Shown in pieces: positions 19,603 through 30,611 of a stretch of DNA of 64,000 nucleotides. Below the pieces are notes generated by a model that worked only from the letters and a program-made list of their open reading frames with translations, ran no database searches and was not told where the DNA came from. The position numbers were made by a program, and so were the translations under genes. Each line of letters begins with the position of its first letter. The first letter of the stretch is position 1. This stretch comes from an uncultured Bacilli bacterium (GTDB lineage: Bacteria; Bacillota_I; Bacilli_A; RF39; UBA660): assembly GCA_947623735.1 (NCBI GenBank), contig CANQHE010000001.1, positions 18,687-82,686 on the forward strand, read 5' to 3'.

Positions 19603-19633
19603 ATTATAACATGATACCCCCCCCCCAGGTCAA
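19603..19633 (-). promoter_or_regulatory. promoter with G10 tract in the spacer for paralog 3
   Basis: TTGACC-T-G10-TATCATGT-TATAAT, 19-nt spacer. C10 run at 19617-19626. Confidence 0.65.
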
Positions 19634-19677
19634 TATATAGCCATCAAATTTACACATATCTTATTTAATTTTACTAT

Positions 19678-20211
19678 TTAAAACTTTTTAGTCCTTTTTA
19701 AAATTATAAAAATGCCTCCACTAATTAATATTAAAATTACTACAAGATATCCATATGATTTACTACTAACTTCTTCATATATTCCTTTATTTTCTTCTAA
19801 ACATTCTTTAGTATTTTCTTTATTTTCTATTTTAGCTACTAAATCACAATAATTACTTTCTTTTTCATAAGCATCTATAGCTTTCATTATTTTATCTTTT
19901 ACTTCATCATCATATCCAACAAAATAATTAGAACCAATTATAACAAGAGGTAATTTATTTTTCTTAATATCTAATGTTTTTCTAACATCATTAAATAAAT
20001 CTGGATAATCTTCAATATTAATATATTCTACATTTATAAATTTATCTTTTTTATATTCTTCAAGCCAATTTTTTTCAGTTTTACATTCTTCACATTCTTC
20101 TTCATAAAAAACATTAATTTTAATATTATATTCTGAATTCGTTATAACAGCATAGGAAGTTATCGGAAAACATAAAATCATAATTAATAATAACATAAAT
20201 AAAACTTTTTT
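19678..20211 (-). CDS. membrane-anchored thioredoxin/glutaredoxin-like protein, last gene of the giant-protein operon
   Basis: Start MKKVLFML at 20211 (RBS GGGGAGG). Signal peptide, CEEC redox-like motif, C-terminal TM YLVVILILISGGIFIILKRTKKF. Confidence 0.5.
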   Translation of the reverse strand, partial: KKVLFMLLLIMILCFPITSYAVITNSEYNIKINVFYEEECEECKTEKNWLEEYKKDKFINVEYINIEDYPDLFNDVRKTLDIKKNKLPLVIIGSNYFVGYDDEVKDKIMKAIDAYEKESNYCDLVAKIENKENTKECLEENKGIYEEVSSKSYGYLVVILILISGGIFIILKRTKKF

Positions 20212-20284
20212 CATTATTTCCTCCCCAATATTGTTTAAAGGTGTGATTATCAATTATCACACCTTTAAAACTTGTTTTTAATTT

Positions 20285-23200
20285 TTACTGTGTGTCCGCA
20301 ATAACATTAATGCCTTTTTCTAATTCTTCTGTTTCTGTATCATCTTTAATATATTTTATATCAACTAATGATGGATCTTTCGTTTTTACAGTTATATTAC
20401 TAAAATCATCACTATCATTAGAATAATTAACTCCAATTTTCATCGATTGTGATACTATTGTAGCCGAATTATTTGCGACACTTTCTAATCTTAAATTATA
20501 TTTATTACTACTTAATGTATTTGCAGCATTTCTTATTTCAGCATTTGTATCAAAAGCCTTCATGATTACATCACTATTTTTGCCACTACTTTGGGCATCA
20601 TCTTTAGCAAAAGTATTAAGATATAAATCTGTTCCAGACGCTACATTTCCATTAAGATAAACATAATTCTCTATTTTAGAAGCTTCAAATCTATTCCATC
20701 TTATATCACCAATTACTTTAGTACTATGACTAATTAAAATACCATACGTTGCATTTCCAGCCCCTATATTACTTACTTTAGAATCCCAAAGAGTAAATTT
20801 AGCTTTTTCCCCTGAAGTAATATTGACATTTATAATCGCATTACCATTTTCTGAATAATCACTACTATTTCCTTGAATATTTAATCTTTGGAAGAATATT
20901 TCATCAGCCGTAATATTAATTCCTTTAACTTTTAAAATAGATGTTTCTTTTTTATCTCCTATAATAGTCATTGATTTATTAATTGTTAATATTTTATCAC
21001 TTAGATCAATAGTAGAATTTTCATTTATGTATATTTCATCGACTTCAGGTTTTGCTAATGCTTTTTCAAATTGATCAGCATTAGAAACATGCTCAGCCCC
21101 TTCTTTTACACTAACACAAAATGCAGTATAATAAGTTGCATCGCCCGTCACATTTACTTGTTCTTTAACCGAAGCCGACATTTCACAACTTGTTCCCTCT
21201 CCAGAAGCTGTCTTCGTATCGTTATAATTTAAAGAGTAGCCCTTCAAATTATAAATATGACCCTTGTATTCTAATTTTTTCAAAGATGCAAATACTTCTC
21301 CTTCATCAGTTGGTGGTGTTACATTTGATCCATATATTGCATACCTTATGAATGAAGCTTTTGAACCAGCCTCAACATTTTGGAAAGTTATTTTATAAAT
21401 TTTAGAATTTTCTTCTTTATTATAATAATTATAGTAGTCATAATCTTCATCAAATGCTTTAGTATCTCCACGAGTTCCTTTTGTAGCCGGTGTTATTTTT
21501 TCTTTTGTTATTTTTTGAGCCTTTTTATTATCATTAATCGTTAAATTTACAACAGAATTATCATTTTTCGGAGTTTTAATTGCCGGCAAATTATAATTCT
21601 CATTATTCATAGTAAGTTTATCACCACTTACTGTACTTGTATCTTTTACTAAAATTCCAGCTTCAGTATTATCACTAACATCTAGACTACTAAATGTTAA
21701 TCCTCCCGCATTAGATACAACAATAGCTTCTTTAGCTCCCGTTAATTTAAGATTTTCCATACTAACACTTGGAGTTTTAATTGTAAAAATATTTGTTAAA
21801 TTTTTATCACTTTTTGCCGTAATAGTATATGCATCACCATTACTAGATATATTAACCGGATTATTTACCTCCAATGTATTTTCAACATCGAAGCTTTTCA
21901 TTATTTGAATTTTTTTAATACTTTTATTTGCTAAAGCCGCGGTTAATTCTGCTTCATTTTGAACAGGAGCAATATCTGTTTCAAACTTGAATGTATATTC
22001 TTTTGTTACCTCATCATTAAGTTTTACTGAATCATCAAGACTACCAATTATTAATTTAAACTCTTTATTTTCAACAGCCATTTTATTTAAAGTCATATTA
22101 CTTTCAGCTTCTTCGCCACCTAAAACTTTTTTAAATAATGCTTGTGCTCCAACTTGAATTTTTTCTTTTAAAGCTGAACCAATAGGATCTAAACTAGCTG
22201 TTTGCACTTCATAACTACTTGCATCCTTAGTAAATACTACCTTTTTGTCCCCGAAAAATAATGTGATATCTTTTATTTCTCCTCTTTGAAGAATATAAGC
22301 AATAGTACCAGGGATAGAAGTTCTATTCATATCACTTAATTTAGTAGTTGTATCTTTTACTTTAAATGTAATCGTATTGCCATCTTGATTAACTTCGAAA
22401 ATATCTGAAAAATCTGTTGAAAAATGACTATCTTTATTTTTCAAATCCTCAACTACATCAACTAAGAATTTATCTATATTTAATGTATAGTGAGCTTTCA
22501 AAGTAATATCTTCATCTTTATTTGTACTAGCAGATCCAAAAGCAAATTGAACACTTGAGCCTTTCTCCTTATCATACCAATAATCAAGACTATGATATTT
22601 ATAACTATCTAAACTTGGAGCTATTGAAGACTCTATAGTTTCTCCTTGATATACAATTTTAGCTTCAGATTGCACTGTTCCAGTAGACTCATCAAAATAT
22701 TCAAATATTACTTTATTTTCTGATAAGAAAGTAAATGTAGTATTTATAGTTATCTCTTCTGAAGGTAAAAATTCTTTATCGGCATTGCCATCATAATCTA
22801 TTTTATAATGAATACCTTGATTACCATCTTTCATTTTAAATAACACAATAATATATCCATTTTCATAATCAGTTGGTGATGGATGTTTTTCAACATAATT
22901 GCCTTCGCTATCTTTTAAACTGATAGTCCATTTATTATGATATTCTGCTGGTAAATCATCAATAGGAACTGTAATTTTTACAGGAACATAATATCCTTCA
23001 TCTTCACTAAATCCAGCTGCTGGATCTAAAGTTTGTTCCTTTACCGTACCAGTTAAACCATTATGATAGCTTCCAGTTTCTTCTTGCATTCCAGTTGAAT
23101 ATTTAACATCAACCTTACTAAAATCAAAATGCCAACTATTTTCTAATGTTTGCTTATCTATTTCATTTAATTCATTTTCTTTAACTGGTTCATAATCACT

Positions 23201-25276
23201 ACCAGAATTTGAATCTCCCTGAAATTTTAGTTTACTCCAATTAATTGTAATTGAATATTCTCCATATTCTTCATCAGTTCCATCTAAATCAACTTTAATT
23301 TCAAATGTTTTATTATTATCTTTAGGATTAATATATTTAAGTACATACATTATCTTAGATCCATCAAAATCTTTACTTGTAATAGCTTTTCCATTAGAAG
23401 AATTATCAGTTGTTTCTTCCTCATCACCATGAAGAAATTTAACAATTATATTATCTTTATTTTCACTAACAGGTAATTTTTCATCTAATTTAATTATAAA
23501 TCCTAAATAATATGGACCATATCCCGTATTAAATGGATCACTATTCCAGTCATTATTGTCAAAAATTGGTAATAATCCCGTAACTTCTAATTTTTGAGGA
23601 TTATCATTTATCTTACTAAATGTAGTTTTATATCCATCTTTTGCTTCCCAACCATAAGGTGTATTAAATGGATCGCTACTATCATCTATATTATCAATTG
23701 TAAAAGTTGATGCTTTACGACACTTTAATTCGCTGAAATCTATTCTTATTTTAGTTGGAACCCCATCAATTTCAATAATAATATCCCGATATTTTGTTAC
23801 CTCTTTTTCTTCAACTTCCATCAATAATGTTAGCTTATTATCTGTAAAATCACTTTTTGTAGCTACATTATATTCATCTCCATCACCAGGTCCTTTAGGA
23901 AGTTTAACATTTACTTCATTTATACCATCATTTAAAGTTAGTGTAAATGCAAAATAATAATTTGATGGACTACTTCCAAAGCCTTTTACACCTTTTTGTT
24001 CTGTTATATAGCCACTAATCTTATAGCCATCTTCATTTTTTTCAATTTTATATGTATCCTCCGGTGTATAATTAAGTTCTTTTAACTCTTGTAATCCTTT
24101 TTCAGGAATAGTTTTATCTATTTCCGCTTGTGAAGTATAAGCAAATTTTATATCGTACTGTTCTTCAATTTTATCATTTTGGGAACGAGCATTCTTATCA
24201 TCCACTTTTATAGTTAAAGTAAGCTTATCCTTGATATTAACTAAATCTCCCAAAGTTACATTTTTAAACTTTGTTAAAGCATCAGTCCCATCACGTACTT
24301 CAATTCCTGTTAATTTACATAGTAATAATGCAAATTGTTGCCATGCTGGCGATAATGGTCCCGCACCCCCACTTACGTCATCATCATCAAATTCAACACT
24401 TTCCGTACCATTAGAAATAGTTAATGACGTAACGTTTTGAGCATTTACTATATTAACAATATCACCAATTAACCCCGTATTAGATATTTCACTATTTTTC
24501 TTATTTAAGTCATAAACATTAAATGTTATTACTCCATCTTTAAAGTCAACATCATAATAATAGCCATTTGTCTTAGTATTTTTATTAATTGTCTCTTTAG
24601 CTGTATTTATAAGATTATCTGTATTAACTTCATCATACCAAGTTGCTTTTAATTTTATATTTTTAGTAACAGTGTCACTATCAAAATCCCAAGTTCCATT
24701 GCCATCTTCAGTTTTAATCCATTCTTTGAATCTCTTTTCCTCTCTTGTAGGAGCATTTTCACCCGTAATTAGATTTCTATCTATTTTTCCATTTTCTTCA
24801 ACATAAATATGATCTTTTCCATCTTTAAATGAACCTTCATCTAATTCAAATTCTACTTTATAAAGTTCTTTTACATATTTATAATCAACATATCGTATGT
24901 TAATCTTTTGACTTGCATCTAACTTTATACTATCTGTTCCTAAAAATGGTGTAGTTACTTCCCAACCAGCTCGCTCATGATTTGCGTATTTTACTTTTAA
25001 TCTATAAATAGTCATTTTACTATAATCTGTATCACCAGCTGAAGGAATTCCATTTTTACTCTTATTCGCTGCTAATATTATATCTTGAATATTTATTTTA
25101 TGCTCGCTTGTAAAAACATATTCGCCAATTATTAATGCTTCATCAGCATTAGGAACAAGTGAATCAATTACATCTCCTAATTCTTCTAAATTTACTTCTC
25201 TTGCATTTACTTGAAAAATTGATACGAAGAAACTCATAAACAAGATAATCAATAATTTACAATATTTATTTTTCAT
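20285..25276 (-). CDS. giant secreted surface protein (1663 aa) with Listeria-Bacteroides (Flg_new) repeats and beta-helix regions; no sorting signal
   Basis: N-terminal signal peptide MKNKYCKLLIILFMSFFVSIFQVNA; Flg_new-like GW...YxxW segments; no LPXTG-like C-terminus. Stop-start spacing to flanking genes suggests co-transcription from the 27.05 kb promoter. Confidence 0.7.
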   Translation of the reverse strand: MKNKYCKLLIILFMSFFVSIFQVNAREVNLEELGDVIDSLVPNADEALIIGEYVFTSEHKINIQDIILAANKSKNGIPSAGDTDYSKMTIYRLKVKYANHERAGWEVTTPFLGTDSIKLDASQKINIRYVDYKYVKELYKVEFELDEGSFKDGKDHIYVEENGKIDRNLITGENAPTREEKRFKEWIKTEDGNGTWDFDSDTVTKNIKLKATWYDEVNTDNLINTAKETINKNTKTNGYYYDVDFKDGVITFNVYDLNKKNSEISNTGLIGDIVNIVNAQNVTSLTISNGTESVEFDDDDVSGGAGPLSPAWQQFALLLCKLTGIEVRDGTDALTKFKNVTLGDLVNIKDKLTLTIKVDDKNARSQNDKIEEQYDIKFAYTSQAEIDKTIPEKGLQELKELNYTPEDTYKIEKNEDGYKISGYITEQKGVKGFGSSPSNYYFAFTLTLNDGINEVNVKLPKGPGDGDEYNVATKSDFTDNKLTLLMEVEEKEVTKYRDIIIEIDGVPTKIRIDFSELKCRKASTFTIDNIDDSSDPFNTPYGWEAKDGYKTTFSKINDNPQKLEVTGLLPIFDNNDWNSDPFNTGYGPYYLGFIIKLDEKLPVSENKDNIIVKFLHGDEEETTDNSSNGKAITSKDFDGSKIMYVLKYINPKDNNKTFEIKVDLDGTDEEYGEYSITINWSKLKFQGDSNSGSDYEPVKENELNEIDKQTLENSWHFDFSKVDVKYSTGMQEETGSYHNGLTGTVKEQTLDPAAGFSEDEGYYVPVKITVPIDDLPAEYHNKWTISLKDSEGNYVEKHPSPTDYENGYIIVLFKMKDGNQGIHYKIDYDGNADKEFLPSEEITINTTFTFLSENKVIFEYFDESTGTVQSEAKIVYQGETIESSIAPSLDSYKYHSLDYWYDKEKGSSVQFAFGSASTNKDEDITLKAHYTLNIDKFLVDVVEDLKNKDSHFSTDFSDIFEVNQDGNTITFKVKDTTTKLSDMNRTSIPGTIAYILQRGEIKDITLFFGDKKVVFTKDASSYEVQTASLDPIGSALKEKIQVGAQALFKKVLGGEEAESNMTLNKMAVENKEFKLIIGSLDDSVKLNDEVTKEYTFKFETDIAPVQNEAELTAALANKSIKKIQIMKSFDVENTLEVNNPVNISSNGDAYTITAKSDKNLTNIFTIKTPSVSMENLKLTGAKEAIVVSNAGGLTFSSLDVSDNTEAGILVKDTSTVSGDKLTMNNENYNLPAIKTPKNDNSVVNLTINDNKKAQKITKEKITPATKGTRGDTKAFDEDYDYYNYYNKEENSKIYKITFQNVEAGSKASFIRYAIYGSNVTPPTDEGEVFASLKKLEYKGHIYNLKGYSLNYNDTKTASGEGTSCEMSASVKEQVNVTGDATYYTAFCVSVKEGAEHVSNADQFEKALAKPEVDEIYINENSTIDLSDKILTINKSMTIIGDKKETSILKVKGINITADEIFFQRLNIQGNSSDYSENGNAIINVNITSGEKAKFTLWDSKVSNIGAGNATYGILISHSTKVIGDIRWNRFEASKIENYVYLNGNVASGTDLYLNTFAKDDAQSSGKNSDVIMKAFDTNAEIRNAANTLSSNKYNLRLESVANNSATIVSQSMKIGVNYSNDSDDFSNITVKTKDPSLVDIKYIKDDTETEELEKGINVIADTQ

Positions 25277-25290
25277 AATTCTACTCCTTT

Positions 25291-26886
25291 TTAACTATAT
25301 TCGACTGTAACATTAGCCTCTGTCCCGTCACTTAAATAAATTGTTGCATTACGTACATTTAAATTTACATTAGTAATATACTTATTATTTCCTTTAAAAG
25401 TACGCTCTGTACCATTATAAAGAATTGTTTTATAATCACTATCATTGATTGGAGAACCATTCTTATAAATAATTCCCTCATATTGAATAGTTGAATGCAA
25501 TTCATTATCAATTTTTCGCAATTTAAGAACATATGTGGCTGGTTTTTCTTTAATCGTTATTGTATGGGTATCAGTTTTTCCATTTTTGCTCGTAACTTTT
25601 ACAGTAACCGTTCCTACTTTGTTTGCTGTTACTTTACCATTTTGCGTTATACTAGCATTGCCACTTCCATTAGTAATACTCCAAGTAACCGTCTTATCTG
25701 TTGCATTACTAGGATTAATTGTCACTTTTAAACTTACAGTATCTCCCACATACATTTCACTGCTTCCTGTTATTTTAACGCTTTTTACTTCCACTACAGT
25801 TGGTTTAGGATTAGATTTTTTCTTAACACTTATTTCTTTACTAGCAGTTTTACCACCGTCTTCTGTTTTTACCGTAATTTTAACAGTACCAGTATTTTTC
25901 CCAGTTACTCGACCATTTTGATCAACTGTAGCTATATTACTATCACTACTAGACCATGATACATTTTTATTTGTCGCATTACCTGGCTTTATTACAGCCT
26001 CTAATTTAATTGTATCTCCAACATATACTTCTTTATCCCCATTTATAGATACTCCTGTAACATTTATGACTGGTGCTTTTTTCACAGTTATAGTTTTCGA
26101 AGACTTTTTACCATTACTAGTAGTAGCACTTATTACTACTGTTCCTTCACTTCTTCCTGTTACTCTTCCATAACTATCTACAGTTGCGACATACTGATTA
26201 CTACTTGTCCATGTTACATTTTTATCGGTAGCTTCATCAGGTTTTACTATAGCTTGCAATATTATCGTATCCCCAATCGTTACCTCTTCATAACCGTTAA
26301 TCGTAACACTTTCAGCATCAATCTTTTCTTTTGTAACTTTAACTTTGCAAGTAGCTGTATATTTCCCATCTTTAGTTTTTATAGTTATTATAGCTTCACC
26401 TTCACTTAAAGCTTTAATCTTCCCATTTTCAAGCATAGTAACTATTTTATCATTACTTGATGTCCAAACAAATTGATCAAGACTAACTCCTGAAGGTAAA
26501 CTAATTACATCTATTTTTTCTTCTTTATCAATTAAAATATTTAAACTTGTAACATTTAGCTCTAATTTTTCTAATGCACTCCATCCGGCATATAAAGTAA
26601 TATCATTAGTTATTTCACTATTAAAATTAAATTCTTTCTTTAACTCTTTATCAGTGTACCAACCTAAAAAATTATAACCTTCTTTTACCGGATCTTTTGG
26701 CTTTGAAACTTGCTCATGAGCTCGCACTTTTACACTAGCAACAGCTGTACCTCCATTACTCTCAAAAGTAACCACATATTCTTTTACTGTACAACCTTTA
26801 ATTAAAAATATTAAAATTATACAAAGTAATAATATTCCCAAAATAATTCCAATTAAAATTTTATTATCGGATACCTTTTCCATCAT
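25291..26886 (-). CDS. membrane-anchored Big_2 (bacterial Ig-like group 2) repeat protein with an N-terminal Flg_new repeat
   Basis: 531 aa with N-terminal TM and at least three Big_2 repeats (VTWTSSN..ATVD.NGRVTG...GT..I). RBS AAAGGAAG. First gene downstream of the poly-G promoter at 27051-27081. Confidence 0.75.
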   Translation of the reverse strand: MMEKVSDNKILIGIILGILLLCIILIFLIKGCTVKEYVVTFESNGGTAVASVKVRAHEQVSKPKDPVKEGYNFLGWYTDKELKKEFNFNSEITNDITLYAGWSALEKLELNVTSLNILIDKEEKIDVISLPSGVSLDQFVWTSSNDKIVTMLENGKIKALSEGEAIITIKTKDGKYTATCKVKVTKEKIDAESVTINGYEEVTIGDTIILQAIVKPDEATDKNVTWTSSNQYVATVDSYGRVTGRSEGTVVISATTSNGKKSSKTITVKKAPVINVTGVSINGDKEVYVGDTIKLEAVIKPGNATNKNVSWSSSDSNIATVDQNGRVTGKNTGTVKITVKTEDGGKTASKEISVKKKSNPKPTVVEVKSVKITGSSEMYVGDTVSLKVTINPSNATDKTVTWSITNGSGNASITQNGKVTANKVGTVTVKVTSKNGKTDTHTITIKEKPATYVLKLRKIDNELHSTIQYEGIIYKNGSPINDSDYKTILYNGTERTFKGNNKYITNVNLNVRNATIYLSDGTEANVTVEYS

Positions 26887-27050
26887 TTTATATACTTCCT
26901 TTCTAACTTGCTATTCAAAAAAAACATTTTAAACCTAGCTTCGTTTAAAATGTACAACAACTCCATTCTAACTCAACTCCTTTATTATAAAATTAACTCA
27001 TAACAAACAATATTAGATAACTATTTTTTATTTATTATTCTACTAAAAAA

Positions 27051-27081
27051 ATTATACCATATAACCCCCCCCCCAAGTCAA
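27051..27081 (-). promoter_or_regulatory. promoter with G10 tract in the spacer for the Big_2 / giant-protein / thioredoxin-like operon
   Basis: TTGACT-T-G10-TTATATGG-TATAAT, 19-nt spacer. C10 run at 27065-27074. Roughly 160-nt 5' UTR before the Big_2 gene. The paralog-5 terminator hairpin (AAAGAGAGGtttcaaaGCTTCTCTTTTTTT) lies just upstream at ~27100-27140. Confidence 0.6.
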
Positions 27082-27145
27082 TAAAAAATGTCACTTTTAA
27101 GCACAAAAAAAGAGAAGCTTTGAAACCTCTCTTTAGATCTTACTC

Positions 27146-28873
27146 TTAGTTAGTAAATCTTTTCTTTAAAGCAAATCCAAGACCTAAAACACTTATTGCT
27201 CCAACACCCACAAATGTTAAGATATTATCTCCAGTTTCTGGGCTACCAAGAACAACAGTAACTTCAGTATCTTCAGTATACTTCTTATCTAAATCGGTAA
27301 TTTCTTTACCATCTTTATCTAAGAATTTTACAATATCATAATCTTCTTTCGCAGCTTTTTTAAGATCATTTAATGATGCTTTTTTATCAAATTCATAATC
27401 TCTAGTTTCTTTAACTTTATCCCCATCTTTAACTACTACTGTAAGTGTTACTACATTTTTAGCAGCTTGTAATTCTTGTAAAGCTAAAGTCATTTCATCA
27501 GCAAGGCCTTGCATAGCATTAGCATACTCTTCAATTTCAGCTTGAGTTTTAGGTTGCTTATCAAAATCAAATTTATCATATTTTAAAGCAATTGCATTAA
27601 TTTTGTTAGTTACTTTTTCCTCAGCTTTATTATACTTATAATCTTCAGTATATACACTATCTAAATCTTCAATTTCTTTAGAAACTTTTTGTAAATTTGC
27701 TAAAGCTTTTTCTATAGCTGTATAATCTAATTCTTCAGCTTTAGAACCTTCTTTAATTAAACCTTCACTTACAATATCCGCAAAAGAGCCACCGGTAATT
27801 TTATTTTTGAATACTGACTCAGTTGCATTATTAATTATAGCTGAACCTTCAGCACCTTCAAAGTATCCTCCAGTAACTGCAAATTCTTCTACAGCTGTAC
27901 TAGTAGTACTAAATTCAAATAAAGCAACACCATTAGCACTATAGAATTCACCGCCAGTAATATTCATTTTAACTTTACCATTTTTACTAGCATATGTATC
28001 AGTAATACTTATTGCTGCTCCAGTAGGTTCACTTCCGCTTCCGTTAGGTTCAGGATCATCATCATATTCCCCAGTACCAGTGAAAATACCACCTTTAATA
28101 TTATAAGCACCAGATTTAACACCTAAAGCTTCACGTCCTGTAATAGTTCCACCTTCAATAGTCCAGTCAGCATAACCAGCACCATAAAGAGCAACACCAT
28201 TTTCACTTGTAATTTCAGCAGTATCTCTAATTATAACTTTAGGCACAGTTGCATCAGTAGTACCATCTTTTTTAATTCTACCATCTACAGAAACCGCATC
28301 AGAATTAGTAGTATTAACTGTACCAGCAATATCTACAGTTACGCCATTTGCGTATGTAGCATCATTACTAGCTGCAACATTTATGTTACCATTTATAATT
28401 GCACCCTCTTTAATTACAACAGATGTTTTAGTATTAGTATCATTTGATCCCCAAATACCTATTGAAGATACATTATCAGGAGCTGTTGAAGTAAGTGTAA
28501 CACCACTTTCTACAACTAAACTAGTTCCCTTTCTAACTGTAACAATTGTACTTTCTGTAGCAGTCTCAATTTTACCACCATTTCCTTTAATAGTTAGAGC
28601 ACCTTTTGATGTACTTTCATTAACATCTAATATTAAACGATTATTACCCTCCAATGTTAAAGTATAACCACCTAAATTTAATTCCTTAGTAGTTTTAATA
28701 GTAACATCACTATTTGAAGTAACATCACCAGTTAATGTACAAACAGTACTTTCGCCTTGCTCTAAGCAATTTTTTAAAGTCGTCCAAGCATCATCGGCTT
28801 TAGCCATACCTGTAAATCCAAAAGCTGCGATAGATATACCAATTATTCCTGATATTCTTTTGAGATTTATCAT
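27146..28873 (-). CDS. sortase-anchored beta-helix surface protein, paralog 4
   Basis: 575 aa starting MINLKRISGIIGISIAAFGFTGMAKA; C-terminus SPETGDNILTFVGVGAISVLGLGFALKKRFTN. Confidence 0.8.
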   Translation of the reverse strand: MINLKRISGIIGISIAAFGFTGMAKADDAWTTLKNCLEQGESTVCTLTGDVTSNSDVTIKTTKELNLGGYTLTLEGNNRLILDVNESTSKGALTIKGNGGKIETATESTIVTVRKGTSLVVESGVTLTSTAPDNVSSIGIWGSNDTNTKTSVVIKEGAIINGNINVAASNDATYANGVTVDIAGTVNTTNSDAVSVDGRIKKDGTTDATVPKVIIRDTAEITSENGVALYGAGYADWTIEGGTITGREALGVKSGAYNIKGGIFTGTGEYDDDPEPNGSGSEPTGAAISITDTYASKNGKVKMNITGGEFYSANGVALFEFSTTSTAVEEFAVTGGYFEGAEGSAIINNATESVFKNKITGGSFADIVSEGLIKEGSKAEELDYTAIEKALANLQKVSKEIEDLDSVYTEDYKYNKAEEKVTNKINAIALKYDKFDFDKQPKTQAEIEEYANAMQGLADEMTLALQELQAAKNVVTLTVVVKDGDKVKETRDYEFDKKASLNDLKKAAKEDYDIVKFLDKDGKEITDLDKKYTEDTEVTVVLGSPETGDNILTFVGVGAISVLGLGFALKKRFTN

Positions 28874-28897
28874 AAATCTTTCCTCCTTCTACTAAAC

Positions 28898-28928
28898 ATT
28901 GTAACATAATACCCCCCCCCCACGTCAA
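28898..28928 (-). promoter_or_regulatory. promoter with G10 tract in the spacer for paralog 4
   Basis: TTGACG-T-G10-TATTATGT-TACAAT, 19-nt spacer. C10 run at 28912-28921. Confidence 0.65.
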
Positions 28929-28996
28929 TATCAAAGCCAAAGGTTTACAACAAAAAAGACAATCTTTAAATCAGATTGCCTTAATTTATTATTTTA

Positions 28997-30448
28997 TTAG
29001 TTTCTTTTTAAAGCTTTTCTTGTTGTAAAACCAACTACTCCTAAACTAATTATTGCCATACCTACATAAGTTAAGATATTATCTAATGTTTCCGGTGCTT
29101 CTTTTACAACTACTAAATGCATATCAGCTTCAACTAAAGTATCTAAATCTAAATTTTTACCATCTTTATTTTTAAATCCAGTTGCATCTTTGTAATTTTC
29201 TAATAAATCTGCTAAAGTAGTACCAGCATCAACTGTTAAAGTAGTTTCTTTACCATCTTCTTCAACTACAATATCATATTGTATTTTTTCAAAAATTACT
29301 TTAACTGTTACTTCACTATCAGGCATTGTAAATTTATTTACTTTAACAGGAACATCCTTACCATTTGCATCAGTTACTATAACTTCAATAGCTTTATAAC
29401 CTTCATTACCTTTATAAGTAATTGTTACTTCTTCACCTTTTTTAGCTACAGCTTTATCAGTTGAAACTGTACCATTTTCAGTCTTTTCTATATTTACAGC
29501 ATATTTAACAACTTTATCAGGTGCATAAACTACATTAGTACCACTTATAGTAGCACCACTTTCTAATGTAACATTTCCTTTAAATTCAAGTTTAGCACTA
29601 CCATTAGTTTTAATTGTCATACCTACTGGAATATCAACATCATCATTAACTGTAGTATCATTATTAATAACAATATTATCTACACCTGTTTTACTAGCTT
29701 CCTCTAATGCTTGTTCCATAGTTAAATAATAATAAGATCTTTCACCATTTGAAGCAGTTATTGGAAATTCAATATCATAAGTAACTCTTACATAAGTATA
29801 AGAAACATTACTATCAACACTACCTGAATCAGATAATCTCCATACCCAAATAGTATCACTTTCTGGTACTGTAAAAATATAGTCTTCACCATATACTAAA
29901 TCATCAACATCACTTTTTCCAGTTAAATCTTTTATTTTATCACCAATACTTGTGCCACCATTACTTAAATCAGTTATTGTAGTCCAAACACCATCTTTAT
30001 TATATTGAATTTGAACACCTAACGTCCAAGCCGGAATATTATCATCATGTTCAGTTCCTTTGCTTTGAGCATCAGCATTAGCTTTAGCTTGGGCTTTTGC
30101 ACATTCGATATCACAAGAATCAGATGTATAAGCATAATGTTTATCTAAAGTTTTATTTTCCTTTGTTAAACCAGTAGGTGCTACACTAACATAGAATATA
30201 CCTAAACTAGCTTTGCCAACCTCACCTGATCCGTATCCTGGTGTTTGAGCTAAAATTGAATCAATAGTATCTTGATTAACTTTAACAGTTACTTTTGCTG
30301 CATAATCATCACCAACAGAAATATCTTCAACCTTAAGTAAATTTGCATCTAAACCACCATTACTTAAAGTTAAACCTGTTGCATTAACTGTTACTACTGC
30401 TACAAACATAGCAACAAATGTCATTACAAATAATTTTAATTTTTTCAT
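28997..30448 (-). CDS. sortase-anchored surface protein, paralog 5 (divergent N-terminal region, same ubiquitin-like C-terminal domain, APETLDN sorting motif)
   Basis: 483 aa with signal peptide MKKLKLFVMTFVAMFVAVVTVNA. C-terminal YDIVVEEDGKETTLTVDAGTTL...VVVKEAPETLDNILTYVGMAIISLGVVGFTTRKALKRN. Confidence 0.75.
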   Translation of the reverse strand: MKKLKLFVMTFVAMFVAVVTVNATGLTLSNGGLDANLLKVEDISVGDDYAAKVTVKVNQDTIDSILAQTPGYGSGEVGKASLGIFYVSVAPTGLTKENKTLDKHYAYTSDSCDIECAKAQAKANADAQSKGTEHDDNIPAWTLGVQIQYNKDGVWTTITDLSNGGTSIGDKIKDLTGKSDVDDLVYGEDYIFTVPESDTIWVWRLSDSGSVDSNVSYTYVRVTYDIEFPITASNGERSYYYLTMEQALEEASKTGVDNIVINNDTTVNDDVDIPVGMTIKTNGSAKLEFKGNVTLESGATISGTNVVYAPDKVVKYAVNIEKTENGTVSTDKAVAKKGEEVTITYKGNEGYKAIEVIVTDANGKDVPVKVNKFTMPDSEVTVKVIFEKIQYDIVVEEDGKETTLTVDAGTTLADLLENYKDATGFKNKDGKNLDLDTLVEADMHLVVVKEAPETLDNILTYVGMAIISLGVVGFTTRKALKRN

Positions 30449-30514
30449 AATATCATTCTTCCTTTCTAAAATTAATTGTTTGCTTTAAACAAAATTTTCT
30501 CCTTTCTTAAATCC

Positions 30515-30545
30515 ATTGTAACATAATACCCCCCCCCCACGTCAA
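30515..30545 (-). promoter_or_regulatory. promoter with G10 tract in the spacer for paralog 5
   Basis: TTGACG-T-G10-TATTATGT-TACAAT, 19-nt spacer. C10 run at 30529-30538. Confidence 0.65.
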
Positions 30546-30611
30546 TATTGAATCTAAAATTATACATCAAAAAAGACAACCTTTTAATTAGATTGCCTTA
30601 AATTAATTTTA